This document shows, piece by piece, positions 13,001 through 22,780 of a stretch of DNA of 64,000 nt. The stretch is from NCBI GenBank assembly GCA_964187785.1, contig OZ076413.1:44580001-44644000 (forward strand), given 5' to 3'. A model generated the notes under the pieces. It saw only the letters and a list, made by a program, of their open reading frames with translations, was not told the DNA's origin and made no database searches. Positions within the stretch are counted from its first letter, which is position 1. Each line of letters starts with the position of its first letter. The position numbers were made by a program, and so were the translations under genes. The stretch comes from Amphiscolops sp. MND2022. Its lineage: Eukaryota.

Positions 13001-15151
13001 CTTCACCAACAATCTCTTCTTCTCAATGATACTGACGTTACTAGTGATGATGACGATCACATCTATACCCGTATCCCAAAAACCAATTCCTCTTTTATAC
13101 ACGACACCACATTACAAGAACAAGAAACATTCTCTACCATAACCAAACCAAAATCTACCATCACACCAAAATCTAACTCCGAAACTACTTCTGCTATAGA
13201 TGTACAAACAAATTCCACTTCTATGACACATTCTTCTCAATTAGTACCTTTTTATGACCCTTCCTTCTTCAAATATAAATTATATTTTCAAGGTCTCTTT
13301 CTTCCAGATGATTACTCCTTAGACCTCAAAACACTTCAAGTACAACAATCTCAAGACCCAGTTCTTCGAACTGTACATTCTTGGATAATTAATAATGAAA
13401 AACCTGAATTTCTCACACCTCTTATTACTGGTAATCTCTTTTTACACGCCTACTACAAAAGATTCACACAACTTTTCATTGATACCACTACAAACCTTAT
13501 AAGTCTTCACACAACACACCCACTTCCTCCTGAAACACACCCTATTTCTATTCCACACATCCTACACGATACTATCAGAATTTGTCTTCCTTTTCGAATG
13601 TTTCAAACAGTATTTAACAAGTTACATGACCATTCTCACACCGGTATCAAAATCACGTATAACACTTTTTCTCAATATTATTACATCCCGTATCTAGAAA
13701 AATGGCTTTCTATTTTCATACATGACTGTCTTGAATGTCAGAAAAATAAACACTTTAACATGAAAATTCAAACTGCTCCTACACAATCATTTTCAGAACA
13801 CGCTCCTTTCTTCAATTATAGAATCTCCATGGATACAAAAGGACCTATAAACCCTCCTTCACAACACAAATCTTACATTCATGTCATTGTTGACGCTTTC
13901 AGCCACTTTGTCGTTACAGTACCGATTAAATCAAATAACGCAAAAACTGCAGTCAAAACTTTATTACACCACTGGATTACGAAATATGGTCCTCCTATTT
14001 ACCTTGTCACTGATCGAGGTACCGAATATGTTAACCAAGACATGGCTCACCTTTGTACACTTATGGGTATTAGACACTCTCCCCGAACAGCATATTCTCC
14101 TTGGGCCAATGGCCTTGTTGAAGTACAAAATCGAAATCTTGGCACACACCTTCGTATGTTCCTCCATAACACTCCTGAAAATTGGGCTTTCCAAGTACAT
14201 ATGTATGCATATGCCCACAATTCACAACCGATTTCAGAACTTAATGTTTCCCCTTACGAAATAGTTTTTCACACACGACCCCGAATTCCACTCACATTTG
14301 ATCTTAACCTCAATCGTAACACATCCAAAACTTGTATCTCACAATATTGTTCACAACTTCCAGAACACTCACACTACGACAAAACTGATTTAAACCCATT
14401 CTTTTACAAAACACTATCCAAACCTATTCCACAATGGTTTCTTGCTGTTGAAACTGCAATGCTCCAAATTTACTCAACTGTTTACTACTACACTCTCAAA
14501 AAACTCAATTCTCACGCTTACATTACCAAAACCTACCACGAAGGTAAACCCCTTCCTATAGGTACTTTTGTTCTCAAACGTCATTTTGCACACGTCCAGT
14601 TTTCAGACAAACTTAAACCGCTTCGGATTGGTCCATACAAAATTCTTGACCGATTATCCGATGTTACATATGAACTTCTCGCACAAGATGGTTCTACATA
14701 ACATGTTCACAGAAATCACATAATCCCTTATTATCCAAAAGAACCACTACTATATCCACATCTTCGTAATTTTATGCGTTTCTCAAATTCAATTAATTTT
14801 GACATCCCAAAACCCATTCAATATGCTAATAGCGACTCATCACCTTTTAATTCCGATGAATCCCTTTCTGACGATACATCCGTTTCGGATAAGGACCAAC
14901 TCTTTTCACCAAACAACATTTCTCCACAAACTTCATCAAATACTAATCCATCATCAACAACTAACCTACCCTTTCAATCAATTCCTCAAACCCCTAGTAC
15001 TAATCACTCCCGTGACAGAACTCGTCACCAATCTCAAAATCAATCTCCATCACCTTCTATTACAAATAATAGAGATACGAAAACTCATTATAACCTGAGA
15101 CAACAACCAAAAATGGATTATCGTATTTTTATACCACCAACGAAATTGTAG
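7088..15151 (+). pseudogene. gag-pol: E1 Gag-Pol polyprotein (~2,690 codons, single frame) with two premature TAA (10349, 14699)
   Basis: Capsid (IKPFDG..EYLQHIE..LTGTALSWY..ETVRHFALRVQQL), CCHC CSYCHRTNHSISAC, RS-rich tract, protease LLDSGAS, RT YIDD, RNase H DAS/TDHKPL/ADLLSR, IN HHCC plus D-D-E (MDTKG, TDRG, NGLVE) and GPY. ORFs 7088, 11117 and 14774 are all in one frame and the gaps translate open after each stop. Confidence 0.93.
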
Positions 15152-15204
15152 AACATCCATTCACCTCCCAATCACCACTCCAATCAGTCACATAAAACTT
15201 CTGA

Positions 15205-16467
15205 TCAAACTGGCCCAACAACCTGGATTCTTCATCTGAAACATCTCCCTCTGCTCCTATTATACCTTCTCCATCTGAATCCTCTGTTTCAAACACAACT
15301 ACAAATAGTAATGTAACACCAATAACTCCTTCAAAACGACCAAGATCCCACATTATAACTACCTCTCCAACACCATCTTCTCATACACATTCAACTCATA
15401 TTGGTAGACCACCTATTACTGAAATACCTTACACTCCTCGCTCTCGATCTCAACCGTCATTTGTCCATATACCACATCCTCATACTGTAGCACATCTTGT
15501 AAATTACAAACAAACAACTGCTATTAAAACAGCCCGTGTTTCACCTAACCTTCCATCTAAATTAGATATTGTACCACTATCTGATATTGAATACACACCC
15601 CTACCTACATTACACTTGCCATCTGAATCTTCAAACCCATCTCAACTTTATCCTCCTTTAAAACCACTTAGACATCCTTCTACTTCTCTTTCTAACTTAA
15701 TAGACTCTCCCTCAGAATATCTACCACAAACTGATACTTCAGGTTCTGATATAGTACCACACCATAGATATAATCTCAGACCTCTTCCTAATAGACGCCT
15801 GAGTACCACCGACTCATCAACTCTTAATTTTTCAGCACTTTCTAGCAACTCTGCATTACGCCTTCTTAGACAACACGCTCAACCTTTATCTTCTGATACA
15901 GCACACTCTTCTGATTTTGTTCCACAATCCTATCTCACTTCTGGATTAGACACAGCTTCATTACTTTCGTCTGACGTACAAACTGCATACTTATCTGGCA
16001 ACCTCTTCTCTGAAGTCTTAGTACCTACACCTGTTGCTCCTCACGTACGAATACCCGAATACTACACATATGATCAATCAAGACCACCTACTCCTAATTT
16101 CGCAGACTACCCTTTACGTGTAGACGGCGTTACTATATATGACCCTCAAAACGATCCCCGTTTTCCTCTTTTAGCAGAACGATTTATTACCACAAATAAC
16201 TCTCTCTCACATAAACGAAAAGAAACTGAATTAAAACGACTTCAAACTCCAAATCTAGAAATAAAATTTGAAGTCAAAGTTAAGTTTCAAGGTCTTAATC
16301 CACATCCCATATTTCACGTTGCAAAAATTGAACACAAAACCACTCCTGCTCCTTTTGAAGTAATATTCGTCGATTTCAACCGTGACCCTGAATTAAACGA
16401 TCTAGCTTATGGCAAAATTGTTTTCTACAACCCCTTCTCTGGTCTCAAATATACAACTTCCTTTTAA
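15205..16467 (+). CDS. E1 ORF2, accessory protein of unknown function (~420-codon open frame, no Met)
   Basis: Homologous to E2 34100-35569 (YNLR, RLLRQHAQP, SG.[DE]TASLLS, SRPP.PN, KFEV.V.F, HKTTP.PF, NP.SGL.Y); S/P/T-rich N-part. Confidence 0.8.
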   Translation, partial: SNWPNNLDSSSETSPSAPIIPSPSESSVSNTTTNSNVTPITPSKRPRSHIITTSPTPSSHTHSTHIGRPPITEIPYTPRSRSQPSFVHIPHPHTVAHLVNYKQTTAIKTARVSPNLPSKLDIVPLSDIEYTPLPTLHLPSESSNPSQLYPPLKPLRHPSTSLSNLIDSPSEYLPQTDTSGSDIVPHHRYNLRPLPNRRLSTTDSSTLNFSALSSNSALRLLRQHAQPLSSDTAHSSDFVPQSYLTSGLDTASLLSSDVQTAYLSGNLFSEVLVPTPVAPHVRIPEYYTYDQSRPPTPNFADYPLRVDGVTIYDPQNDPRFPLLAERFITTNNSLSHKRKETELKRLQTPNLEIKFEVKVKFQGLNPHPIFHVAKIEHKTTPAPFEVIFVDFNRDPELNDLAYGKIVFYNPFSGLKYTTSF

Positions 16468-19144
16468 AACACATGTTCTACTCATTATAACTCATATATT
16501 TCTCTTTTCTATAAACCCTTATATTACATCCTCCATTCCTATTAAACCAACAGATGATGACAAATATCTTCCATCTGATGACCCAAATATAACAAATCTC
16601 ATGGTTTCCCATTATGACTGTGAAAAACAACATAACCTTCGTCAATTTAACCTTCTTAATGTCAAACAATGTACCGAAGCTCCTTCTAACATACAACATG
16701 CAAACATTCAAGCTCGAGTTTATGTTAGAGCAAAAGCTAAACGTATTCGCGCTTTCAAATGTGAAGCATATGCTAAAAAAGAACGAAAGATCTGCTTCCA
16801 AGGTAATGTTAAATACAGACGTGTTGATAGAACTGTTTGGAATCACAATACAATGCCACTACCTATCACACTTGATCCTCTCGAATGTAAAAATATTATC
16901 CGACACCTTAATGGAACCGATAACAAAATATTGAACAATCTTAACTACAACAAAACTTTTACACTACTTGAAGACCACTACTTTCAAGAACAATTAGAAC
17001 GATTTCAAACTCCTTTCACTGTTTACCAATTTAACAAAATGTATACAGGTACATTTACCTATATGCCCGCTGACAAAACTTGGATATATGATCCACTTCG
17101 AAACCCTTACCATAACTGTCCTGCTCATCACCAATTTGAAGTCAACCTAGTAAGTTGGCGTCTCGCTATATCTGAAATTGAACTTACATACGATGATACA
17201 CAAAATGTTATGATCATTGATGGTCATACCCTCCCATGTTACTTTGCTGATGGTTTTTGCAAACCTACCACAAAAACTCCTTTCACACTTGTATGGTTTA
17301 GTGATGACTTCTGTCTTATTTTTACATTACAAGACTTTATTGGACGCATGACCAAAATAGATGATCGATACTGGATAGAAACTGATTCTTTCGTACACTC
17401 TGCTACTCCAAAGAAATCACCTTCCTTTGATGGTATCAAAGGTACTTCTTATCCTCACGTTCGTGCTCCTCATACTGAAACTCCACATAACCCAAGTCTT
17501 TCTCGTTTTGAAATCTTTCCTACGGCTAACACCTTTTGTGGAAAACCTGAACCTCTATATTCTACTCAATATTCTGACCTTTTTGTTACTTACACTGAAG
17601 GATTTAACATGCATACAGGACAACCAAACCCCACTTCTATAATTAATGAATACATCTCTGGTAAAATTGTATTAGACAAATCAAATTCTAATAATAAATA
17701 CATCTTTCCTGCATTGAACGTTTCTAACAATTTTGCTACAATAGATTACGATGCCCATATAAACACTAAAATTGACTACACTATTAATCATGTATTCCGC
17801 TCAATGACTGTTCAAGAACTTAATACCCTTCATACAGTATGTGAATTAGAACGCAACCAACTTCTTACAATACTTGCAATGTCGGTACCAAACCCTCAAC
17901 TTGCTGGCTTTCTTTTAACTGGAAATCGCAGTAATTTCCTTTATGTTGAAGGATCTACTGCTTGGTTATATGACTGTCCACACTTTCTTTCACCGTTATA
18001 CATTGCTGATCGGTGTTTCGATCGAATTCCTATTCACTTCAAAGATACTCTTATGTACGTTGACCCAATTACAAGACAAACATATGACTATGCCACTCCT
18101 ATTACATGTGACAATAACCCAAATAACATTATTGAACTTGATCCTGATTCCGATGACCAAGATTTTTATATTCTTGGACCTGAACCTATAAAACGAAAAC
18201 CTCCACTTATGTTTACTCCTTCTCAAATTAAAACTACAATACGCCCTAATACTTTTACAGCTCAAGATGCTGGTATATACTCAAATGCAGAACTAAATCA
18301 ATTTTGGAATCGAATTCTATTTTCAAAACACTCTGATACTACACTTCAACTCTTAGGAAAAGCTCTTAGTTATTCCTTTATTTCTTCTAATACACCTGAT
18401 TATGATGCAAATGAACCACATGGTAACCCATATAATACACTTCGGATTGGACTCCATGATAGATTACTTAACCTAACTCCCCTTTTTACTCCTACATGGT
18501 TCTCTGATGCCTTCATCGCTTTATTTGGATACCCATGTTACATTTTGACACAATGTGGAATTTATTTCTCCACATATCTTTTCATACAAACAATGTTAAC
18601 TCTCATTGTTAAATTATACAAAACTATTTCTATAAAGTACAATCTTAAACAAAATATTACACTTTTGAACTCTATTGCCCATGGTTTTCTCAATATTCTT
18701 ACAGCAGACATGCTTCATGACCTAAAAAATGTTCGTTCAAAATCAACTTCTAAAAGTTCACAACAAATGTCAAACATTACTGACAACCCATTAGATGAAT
18801 CTTCTTATAATCCAAATGATCCAAATGGTACTTCTCCAAATCCAACTGGTATTACTTCACCACCACCTTTTTATACAAAACGTCCAAATCGGATTTCCAA
18901 AATGACTCGTTTTAAATTCTTTCCAAAACGAAAACAATATAATGTTCATTCCAAATCTAATCCTCAATCATCTTTACCACATTATTCTCCAGTCACCACA
19001 AATCTAAATGATTACACATTAACTACATCACCTGTCAATGACGAGATGGACACTCCTGTCCGCATATATTCAAAAACAAATTACTCCTTCACTTCGCCAT
19101 CTTTTCAAACTAATCATTCTGACTTTTTCACTCCTCCGACATAG
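16409..19144 (+). CDS. env: E1 envelope glycoprotein (911 aa), class III fusogen-like
   Basis: Hydrophobic N-terminal signal-like segment, Cys-rich ectodomain with N-x-S/T sequons, HYDC near the N-terminus, CELER..LAGFLLTG..LYDC..CFDRIPI..YVDPITRQ..C region, TM FIALFGYPCYILTQCGIYFSTYLFIQ, cytoplasmic tail; strongly conserved with E2. Confidence 0.85.
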   Translation: MAKLFSTTPSLVSNIQLPFKTHVLLIITHIFLFSINPYITSSIPIKPTDDDKYLPSDDPNITNLMVSHYDCEKQHNLRQFNLLNVKQCTEAPSNIQHANIQARVYVRAKAKRIRAFKCEAYAKKERKICFQGNVKYRRVDRTVWNHNTMPLPITLDPLECKNIIRHLNGTDNKILNNLNYNKTFTLLEDHYFQEQLERFQTPFTVYQFNKMYTGTFTYMPADKTWIYDPLRNPYHNCPAHHQFEVNLVSWRLAISEIELTYDDTQNVMIIDGHTLPCYFADGFCKPTTKTPFTLVWFSDDFCLIFTLQDFIGRMTKIDDRYWIETDSFVHSATPKKSPSFDGIKGTSYPHVRAPHTETPHNPSLSRFEIFPTANTFCGKPEPLYSTQYSDLFVTYTEGFNMHTGQPNPTSIINEYISGKIVLDKSNSNNKYIFPALNVSNNFATIDYDAHINTKIDYTINHVFRSMTVQELNTLHTVCELERNQLLTILAMSVPNPQLAGFLLTGNRSNFLYVEGSTAWLYDCPHFLSPLYIADRCFDRIPIHFKDTLMYVDPITRQTYDYATPITCDNNPNNIIELDPDSDDQDFYILGPEPIKRKPPLMFTPSQIKTTIRPNTFTAQDAGIYSNAELNQFWNRILFSKHSDTTLQLLGKALSYSFISSNTPDYDANEPHGNPYNTLRIGLHDRLLNLTPLFTPTWFSDAFIALFGYPCYILTQCGIYFSTYLFIQTMLTLIVKLYKTISIKYNLKQNITLLNSIAHGFLNILTADMLHDLKNVRSKSTSKSSQQMSNITDNPLDESSYNPNDPNGTSPNPTGITSPPPFYTKRPNRISKMTRFKFFPKRKQYNVHSKSNPQSSLPHYSPVTTNLNDYTLTTSPVNDEMDTPVRIYSKTNYSFTSPSFQTNHSDFFTPPT

Positions 19145-19365
19145 CTGACAACTACCACTCTTCGATACAATTTCCTACCTCACATCAACTATCTCTCTAA
19201 AATTTTCATCTAACTTCTTTTCAACATTGAACTAAAAATTGAAATAAAATTGAACTTGAATCAACCCGCCCAAATTCGAATCGACATTTCAACTCCAAAA
19301 ACCTTTGATAAATCCACACGTTAGTGTTTTGTTTTGATATTGTACTCTCAAAAAAATCTCTCCAA

Positions 19366-20787
19366 ATGACTCAAGCACAACTAGATTTCCATAATATGAC
19401 TCCCCAAGTCACGCAAGAACAAATAGATCTCCAAAATCAACTTGAAATACATACTGCTGATCTTATAACAAAACCTCTTTCAAATGACTCGCCTATTCTC
19501 TTTCTTGATACCAAAGAAATAACAGATGATCCCATTCAAGATCAAATGGAACACCAAAATATTCCGGAACAACAAAATATACCTACAATACCTACAAAAA
19601 ATAAAACACCTTCAGACCATGATCAATCTCCTGATACTCCTCCGCCAACAAAAAAGAAATATGAGATTATGAAAGACCCTGCTTTTCTTTCATCACCCAT
19701 TTATCCACCTATAATACCTACAAAACCGCAACTCTCTACAACTCGTGATGACTATCTAGTACCAATACTTTCTAATCCTCGTTTCTCATTCAAATCACAA
19801 CTAACTTCTCTCTACATGCATCCTACGGACTATACTTTCAAACTCTATGATAAAAATCAAGATTTCTTCACATCTATTGCCTCTAAAATCATGGCTCCCT
19901 ACCACTATTGGCTTCATAATGGAATCAAAATATTTTCTCTTCAATTCAATTTCCTTCGCCCATCGATATATGATCTCAAAACAGATGAAAATGATCCGTC
20001 TTTTCTATCTACAGCACAAAAAGCTACTCATCATTTAACGTATACTCGCTTTCTCCAGCATTCAAAACCTCAAAACTACATTTTTGCGAACTACAAATAT
20101 ACTTCTCCTTTCACAATGACAAATTTGTACACTATAGATCACTCAAAGATAACTGGCTATCTTCGCAACTATGACCCAATCAAACAATACTTTTGTCTGC
20201 TACCTCATAATGATACATCTCGTCCTCTTATCGTACCTCAAGAACACCTCATTCATTTTGATGACTTTTTGTTGCCTTGCAACATTCCTACCCAAATTGT
20301 CAAACCTTTGACAGTTATCAAACACCTTGTTTCTACGCCGCTAGATGATAAAGATACGTCACACTATACGGCCTTGTGTAAACAGTCTTACTCTTACAAT
20401 GAACTTTTGTTCATAGCTGCAAAAGTCATTTCATACATGGTTCGCGCTGAACAAGGTCTTGAAATTCAAACTGAACAACAACGCCAATATAAAACTCATA
20501 AAACTCCTCCACCATCTCCTATAAAACAAACTACCAGTGAAAAACTCGCAACTATCCTCAATAATCGTACTCGGAAAGATCTAACCCAAATGTTAGATCC
20601 ATATAAACGAAACTCTTCAGATTCTCCAATCACTACTCTTAATCATCTCATTCATTGCCATAACCGAACCTTACAACTCCTTCAAATTCTAGATCTCGAT
20701 TCGCAACGTATCACACAATCCTCTCAAGCAATTCAATCGGCGCTTGAATCTATGAATACTCTTTTTAATACTCTTAATATCAACTAA
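19366..20787 (+). CDS. E1 ORF4, accessory protein of unknown function (473 aa from first ATG)
   Basis: Intact; clear homology to E2 29802-31100 (LVPILS..F.F.SQLTSLYM.PT, KIFSLQ.NFLRPS.YDL, KYTSPFT, LRNYDP); helical C-terminus. Confidence 0.88.
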   Translation: MTQAQLDFHNMTPQVTQEQIDLQNQLEIHTADLITKPLSNDSPILFLDTKEITDDPIQDQMEHQNIPEQQNIPTIPTKNKTPSDHDQSPDTPPPTKKKYEIMKDPAFLSSPIYPPIIPTKPQLSTTRDDYLVPILSNPRFSFKSQLTSLYMHPTDYTFKLYDKNQDFFTSIASKIMAPYHYWLHNGIKIFSLQFNFLRPSIYDLKTDENDPSFLSTAQKATHHLTYTRFLQHSKPQNYIFANYKYTSPFTMTNLYTIDHSKITGYLRNYDPIKQYFCLLPHNDTSRPLIVPQEHLIHFDDFLLPCNIPTQIVKPLTVIKHLVSTPLDDKDTSHYTALCKQSYSYNELLFIAAKVISYMVRAEQGLEIQTEQQRQYKTHKTPPPSPIKQTTSEKLATILNNRTRKDLTQMLDPYKRNSSDSPITTLNHLIHCHNRTLQLLQILDLDSQRITQSSQAIQSALESMNTLFNTLNIN

Positions 20788-21199
20788 ATCGTCTCTCAGG
20801 TAATACAAATTTCTTTAATTTTTCCACAATATTGGACATTTTTGGACACCTTTCCCTGTTGTACATTTTCATTCCCAAATACAGGTAACATTCTTCATTT
20901 ATTTTCACACAATTTCAGTACAAAAACTCTCCTTTTATTATTTTACTTAGTCTCTCTACTATAACACTCTTTAAAAATCTTTTTCACAAAAAACAAACTA
21001 ATATCCATACTATAGCACCAACGTATATTACAAATTCTAGCACCCAAATATAGTACAAAGAAACTTTTGATCATTATCTCCAAAACTCAGACTCCTTTTG
21101 TTTTAGAAACTTCTATTCTTCCTCCTGTTGGACCTCGTTCCAATTTCACTTTTGCAACATCCAGATTCTATCAGGATCTCACTGTCCACTCATATCCAA

Positions 21200-21679
21200 A
21201 TGGCTCCGCCCCAGACATCTGAAATCAAAAAACTTGTTCAGTCTACCGAATCAAAAGTCCACAGTCTTAAGGCTGCAATTTTTCATACAATGGCATACAA
21301 AATGTCACTGGAGATAAACAAAGGAGATATTACTCTTCCCACCCGCCGCTTCTTTCTAAAGGTCCTATACAACGTCTGCCAAATTCGAAAAAAGGACATA
21401 ACTTTCGAACAATATTACCGTATCCATGTGCATGGCCCAAAAATCGCCATTTGTGAGATAACTTCGGATACAGTATTCGTATTGAATTCTGCCTTCACCA
21501 CGAAGGACAACTATTTTCAAGTCGCCATCGATGAGGCCATCGATGCCTTTAATGCAGTTCTTTTGGACTTCGGGTATACCCAACAACTCCAAAAATATGA
21601 CCCGACAACCCATCAAGTTCACCCACAGCCCAAACACCCGTTCTGGCCAAAACATTACACATCGGACAATTCAAATTGA
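21200..21679 (+). CDS. E1 ORF5, accessory protein of unknown function (159 aa from ATG)
   Basis: TRRFFLKVLYNVCQI..ITFEQYYRIHVH aligns with E2 TRMILLNMFQIFQI..INFDQYLHIHKH. Confidence 0.72.
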   Translation: MAPPQTSEIKKLVQSTESKVHSLKAAIFHTMAYKMSLEINKGDITLPTRRFFLKVLYNVCQIRKKDITFEQYYRIHVHGPKIAICEITSDTVFVLNSAFTTKDNYFQVAIDEAIDAFNAVLLDFGYTQQLQKYDPTTHQVHPQPKHPFWPKHYTSDNSN

Positions 21680-21704
21680 TCAGCTCTCACTCACCATTTA
21701 CTAC

Positions 21705-21905
21705 GACTTCACTTCTTCAAACTGCTGCTTCTAGATGACTTCACTTCTTCCCACTGCTGCTTCTATGCTTCTACATGACTTCACTTCTTCAAATTACTAC
21801 TTCCATGATGACTTCAGATGACTTCACTTCTTCAAACTGCTCCTTCCATGATGACTTCACTTCTTCAAAATGCTCCTTCCATACGATGACTTCACTTTCA
21901 AACTT
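21705..21905 (+). repeat. Imperfect ~30-bp tandem repeat (gatgacttcacttcttcaaactgct...) inside E1
   Basis: About six gacttcactt units directly after the ORF5 stop. Confidence 0.85.
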
Positions 21906-22353
21906 CAAACTTGCATTCTTATTTAATCATTTTAACGAATCCATACTTCCTCTTATTTAACCTTTTTATAATCTTCCATGATGCTAATCATTTAATAGTC
22001 GACCTATAACTTATCTTATTTTAGTCTTAATTCATAATAATCAATGTGTCATCACTATATAATCTATATTACTTTAGTCTTAATTCAAAAATTTGATGTA
22101 AACTCTATAATCACGTATAATATTTTAGTCTTCATTAGTGCTTAATGTGCAAAATACAAAACTTTATCATATATTACTGAAATCCATCGTATATCCCACA
22201 ATATTTAACACAATATATTCTTGACTTCCTTCCTTTTTTATAGTACAAGACCTCTTCTTATTGAACAACTGTTTTACTTTAGGAATTTGAACTGAAAATT
22301 TGAAGTTTGATTCCTTTTTTGATCATTCAATCTTTCTTTTACTTGAATGAAAA

Positions 22354-22710
22354 ATGAACTCAACCCTGGCTAATTTTAGACTTTTTCACACTTTGTTCAC
22401 AACCCGCCAATGTTTGTTCACAACTCATTGACAACTTCAGATATAGTTCTTCAATACTAAAAAGTTTTCATTTTGAATGCTCTTTTGAAGAACACTGAGT
22501 ATTTTTTTAACAAAGCCGATGGAGCTTTTCACAAACAATATATAATATAAGTTGTCAATCAATAACTCGAACTCAAAATGTCAAATCCATAGATTGACAG
22601 AACGTTGCACCAATGTGAACCGTCATATGATTAAGAAGTTCTAACCGTCCTAGGTTGTTCTCACTCCTTAAGTATGGTACTCCTATATCACATGAAACAC
22701 CCAACACCTA
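22354..22710 (+). pseudogene. E1 degenerate ORF6 homolog
   Basis: Fragments FSHFVHNPP, VLTVLGCSHS and YGTPISH match E2 ORF6 FQHLLHNKP, TLTLLNCSRT and RGTPMSR; multiple stops/frameshift. Confidence 0.5.
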
Positions 22711-22780
22711 TAATACAAAAAAAACATGGAACATCTCTAATTTAAAGTACAAAACCCAAAACCTTCAGGACACTTGGATA

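Noticed and set aside
7878..18265. Short antisense and off-frame ORFs within E1 and E2
   Set aside because: Shadows of the strongly skewed coding strand; none seen conserved between the two elements.
22354..22710. Alternative genetic code (TAA/TAG read as sense)
   Set aside because: Long ORFs elsewhere are free of internal TAA/TAG and end in them at homologous positions.
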